Of a stretch of 64,000 nucleotides of DNA, positions 62,371 through 64,000 are shown piece by piece. A program made the position numbers and the translations under genes. Source of the stretch: Microgenomates group bacterium (GTDB taxonomy: Bacteria > Patescibacteriota > Microgenomatia > UBA1406 > GWC2-37-13); NCBI GenBank assembly GCA_029906985.1, contig JARYMT010000001.1:67223-131222 (forward strand), given 5' to 3'. The first letter of the stretch is position 1, and each line of letters begins with the position of its first letter. The notes under the pieces are model-generated. The model saw only the letters and a list, made by a program, of their open reading frames with translations. It made no database searches and was not told the DNA's origin.

Positions 62371-64000
62371 ATGAAAATAAAAAAACTGCCTTTTTTTGAA
62401 AAAGGCCATCAGGGTAATATGAATTTTGATAAAAATTCTTCCGATAGTGGATGGTTTTTTTATTTTTATATTTTTTTTATCGCGGCTTTCTTTTTTGTTT
62501 TGCTTATCCGTCTTTTCCAGTTGACGGTGGTTAAAGGAACTTATTATTTAAGTTTGTCCGAACAAAACCGATTAAGGGAGGTAATTATCGAAGCTCCCCG
62601 GGGAAAAATTATCGACAGAAAAGGGTTTGTTTTGGCAGAAAGCAGTGATCCTGATCTTGATATTTTCAGTCAAAGAATTATCTCTAAAAGACATTATTTT
62701 AATCCCGAATCAATTGCCCATCTGGTTGGATACCGACAGTTGGCTGATGCCAATGATTTAAAAAATGATGATTGTCTAAATAAATTAAAGCTGGGAGACA
62801 AGGTGGGGAAAAAAGGAGTAGAAAAACTTTTTGACTGCGATTTACGCGGTCGCAACGGTAAAAAACTCATTGAGGTTGATGCTTTTAATCGGCCGGTAAA
62901 AAACGGCTTGATTAATATCATTGCTCCAGAACAGGGAAAAACTATTCAATTGGCCTTAGATTCGGAACTTCAGCAAAAAGCTTTCGCCCTTTTATCGGGA
63001 AAAAAGGGGGCCATCATTGCCTTAAAGCCTAAAACCGGTGAAATTTTAACCATGGTTTCTTCTCCAAGCTTTAATCCCCAAGATTTCGAAGATCAAAACC
63101 ACGAGGCGCTCGAAAACTATCTAAAAGATGAAAATCATCCTTTTTTTAATCGCGCCAGCGAAGGCGCTTATCCGCCGGGGTCTGTTTTTAAGCTGGTGGT
63201 CGCCACCGCCGCCCTGGAGGAAAAATTAATCGATGAAAAAACCGTTTTTGAAGACACGGGAAAAATTACCGCCGGCCCCTTGACTTTTGGCAACTGGTAC
63301 TTTTTACAATACGGAAAAACCGAGGGGATGGTTGATGTAGTTAAGGCTTTGCGGCGGTCTAATGATATATTTTTTTATCATACCGGGGCGCTTCTTGGTC
63401 CGGAAAAAATTAAATTCTGGGCAGAAAAAATGGGTTTGGGGAAAAAAACCAATTTTGGTCTTGAGGAAAATGCCGGGGTTATTCCTTCTTCTTTTTGGAA
63501 AGAAGAGGTTTTAAAAGAACGCTGGTATTTGGGTGATACCTATAATTTGTCAATCGGTCAGGGATATCTTTTGGTTTCCCCTCTTCAGCTGGCCCAACTA
63601 ACCTCAATTTTTGCCAACGACGGCTATCTTTGCCAGCCCCAACTTTTAAAAAACCGCCGGCCAAATTGTCAAAAAATTGGTCTTTCCGAAAAAACCCTAT
63701 CCCTTATTAAAGAAGGTATGAAACAAGCTTGTTTTCCGGGTGGAACCGGTTGGCCGCTTTTTGACTTTAAAGTTAATGTTGGTCAAGAGGCAAAACCTCG
63801 CGCCTCAAATCAATCACCTAAAGAGTCAACTAACGAGGCCGATCAGACAAAAAAACCGCCTTCGGCTTTCTTGCCGATTCAGACCGCCTGCAAGACCGGC
63901 ACGGCGGAATTTTATTCTTATTCAAAAACTCCTCACGCCTGGTTTACTGTCTATGCGCCGGCTGATAATCCGGAAATTGTTTTAACGATTTTGGTTGAAC
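62371..64000 (+). CDS. mrdA: penicillin-binding protein 2 / peptidoglycan D,D-transpeptidase (3' end outside window)
   Basis: Not in the ORF track because no stop lies in the window. I read the frame as open from ATG 62371 to base 64000. TM anchor, LFQLTVVKGTYY..APRGKIIDRKGFVLAE, SxxK (GSVFK), SIGQG, KTGTAE motifs. Confidence 0.85.
   Translation, partial: MKIKKLPFFEKGHQGNMNFDKNSSDSGWFFYFYIFFIAAFFFVLLIRLFQLTVVKGTYYLSLSEQNRLREVIIEAPRGKIIDRKGFVLAESSDPDLDIFSQRIISKRHYFNPESIAHLVGYRQLADANDLKNDDCLNKLKLGDKVGKKGVEKLFDCDLRGRNGKKLIEVDAFNRPVKNGLINIIAPEQGKTIQLALDSELQQKAFALLSGKKGAIIALKPKTGEILTMVSSPSFNPQDFEDQNHEALENYLKDENHPFFNRASEGAYPPGSVFKLVVATAALEEKLIDEKTVFEDTGKITAGPLTFGNWYFLQYGKTEGMVDVVKALRRSNDIFFYHTGALLGPEKIKFWAEKMGLGKKTNFGLEENAGVIPSSFWKEEVLKERWYLGDTYNLSIGQGYLLVSPLQLAQLTSIFANDGYLCQPQLLKNRRPNCQKIGLSEKTLSLIKEGMKQACFPGGTGWPLFDFKVNVGQEAKPRASNQSPKESTNEADQTKKPPSAFLPIQTACKTGTAEFYSYSKTPHAWFTVYAPADNPEIVLTILVE

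Noticed and set aside
62694-63985. Track ORFs 62694..62921 (-), 63479..63664 (-) and 63740..63985 (+).
   Set aside because: All lie inside the long open frame of the partial PBP2 gene (62371..64000), which carries the SxxK, SIGQG and KTGT motifs.
1-64000. Alternative genetic code (UGA recoding, as in Gracilibacteria and Absconditabacteria).
   Set aside because: Long uninterrupted ORFs with conserved motifs are obtained with the standard code. TGA also serves as a credible stop, for example at 27095-27097 and 29217-29219, with coupled downstream starts.

Overview
AT-rich, gene-dense bacterial chromosome segment; the standard genetic code fits. Its content looks like a Candidate Phyla Radiation/Patescibacteria (Microgenomates-like) genome, which is an inference from gene content only: a pilin-like gene, many GT-C-type polytopic membrane proteins, Pro/Thr-linker secreted enzymes and insertion-laden housekeeping enzymes.

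Layout:
- (i) 1-20.6 kb: surface and glycosylation supercluster. It holds a fibre-like protein, a type IV pilin-like protein, a Wzy_C/TPR O-antigen-ligase-like protein, five further large polytopic membrane proteins, two GT2 enzymes, a nucleotide-sugar dehydrogenase, an SDR epimerase/dehydratase and two SAM methyltransferases.
- (ii) 20.6-41 kb: housekeeping genes. These are a LysM/M23 peptidase, gdh, trxB, a csoR-like gene, rho, an ABC-2 exporter, fmt, a VIT1-like transporter, tgt, queA, folA, thyA, a secreted GH-like protein and dcd.
- (iii) 42.0-47.2 kb: an anomalous, gene-poor island.
- (iv) 47.2-64 kb: GT4, a large S8 protease, tatD, rpiB, rnhA, ychF, rnhB, DUF72, dprA, an rpe-like gene, a secreted GH-like protein, dCMP deaminase, tRNA-Pro(GGG), pyrH and a partial PBP2.

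Best candidate for something undescribed is the 42-47 kb island. It contains:
- a consensus promoter driving about 0.5 kb of hairpin-rich non-coding RNA;
- a visibly GC-rich gene for a small Cys-rich secreted protein;
- two divergent paralogues built from several HTH modules, a sigma-region-4-like HTH and RNAP alpha-CTD-like HhH domains;
- upstream of each paralogue, a nearly identical block of about 230 bp carrying four tandem units built around a -35-like TTCTTGACA motif.

Other notable signals:
- a 178-nt structured RNA that starts exactly at a predicted TSS upstream of rho;
- a GC-rich sequence shared in-frame between tgt and tatD, at sites where the proteins carry extra residues;
- a pilin gene directly followed by a TfpO/PglL-like gene.
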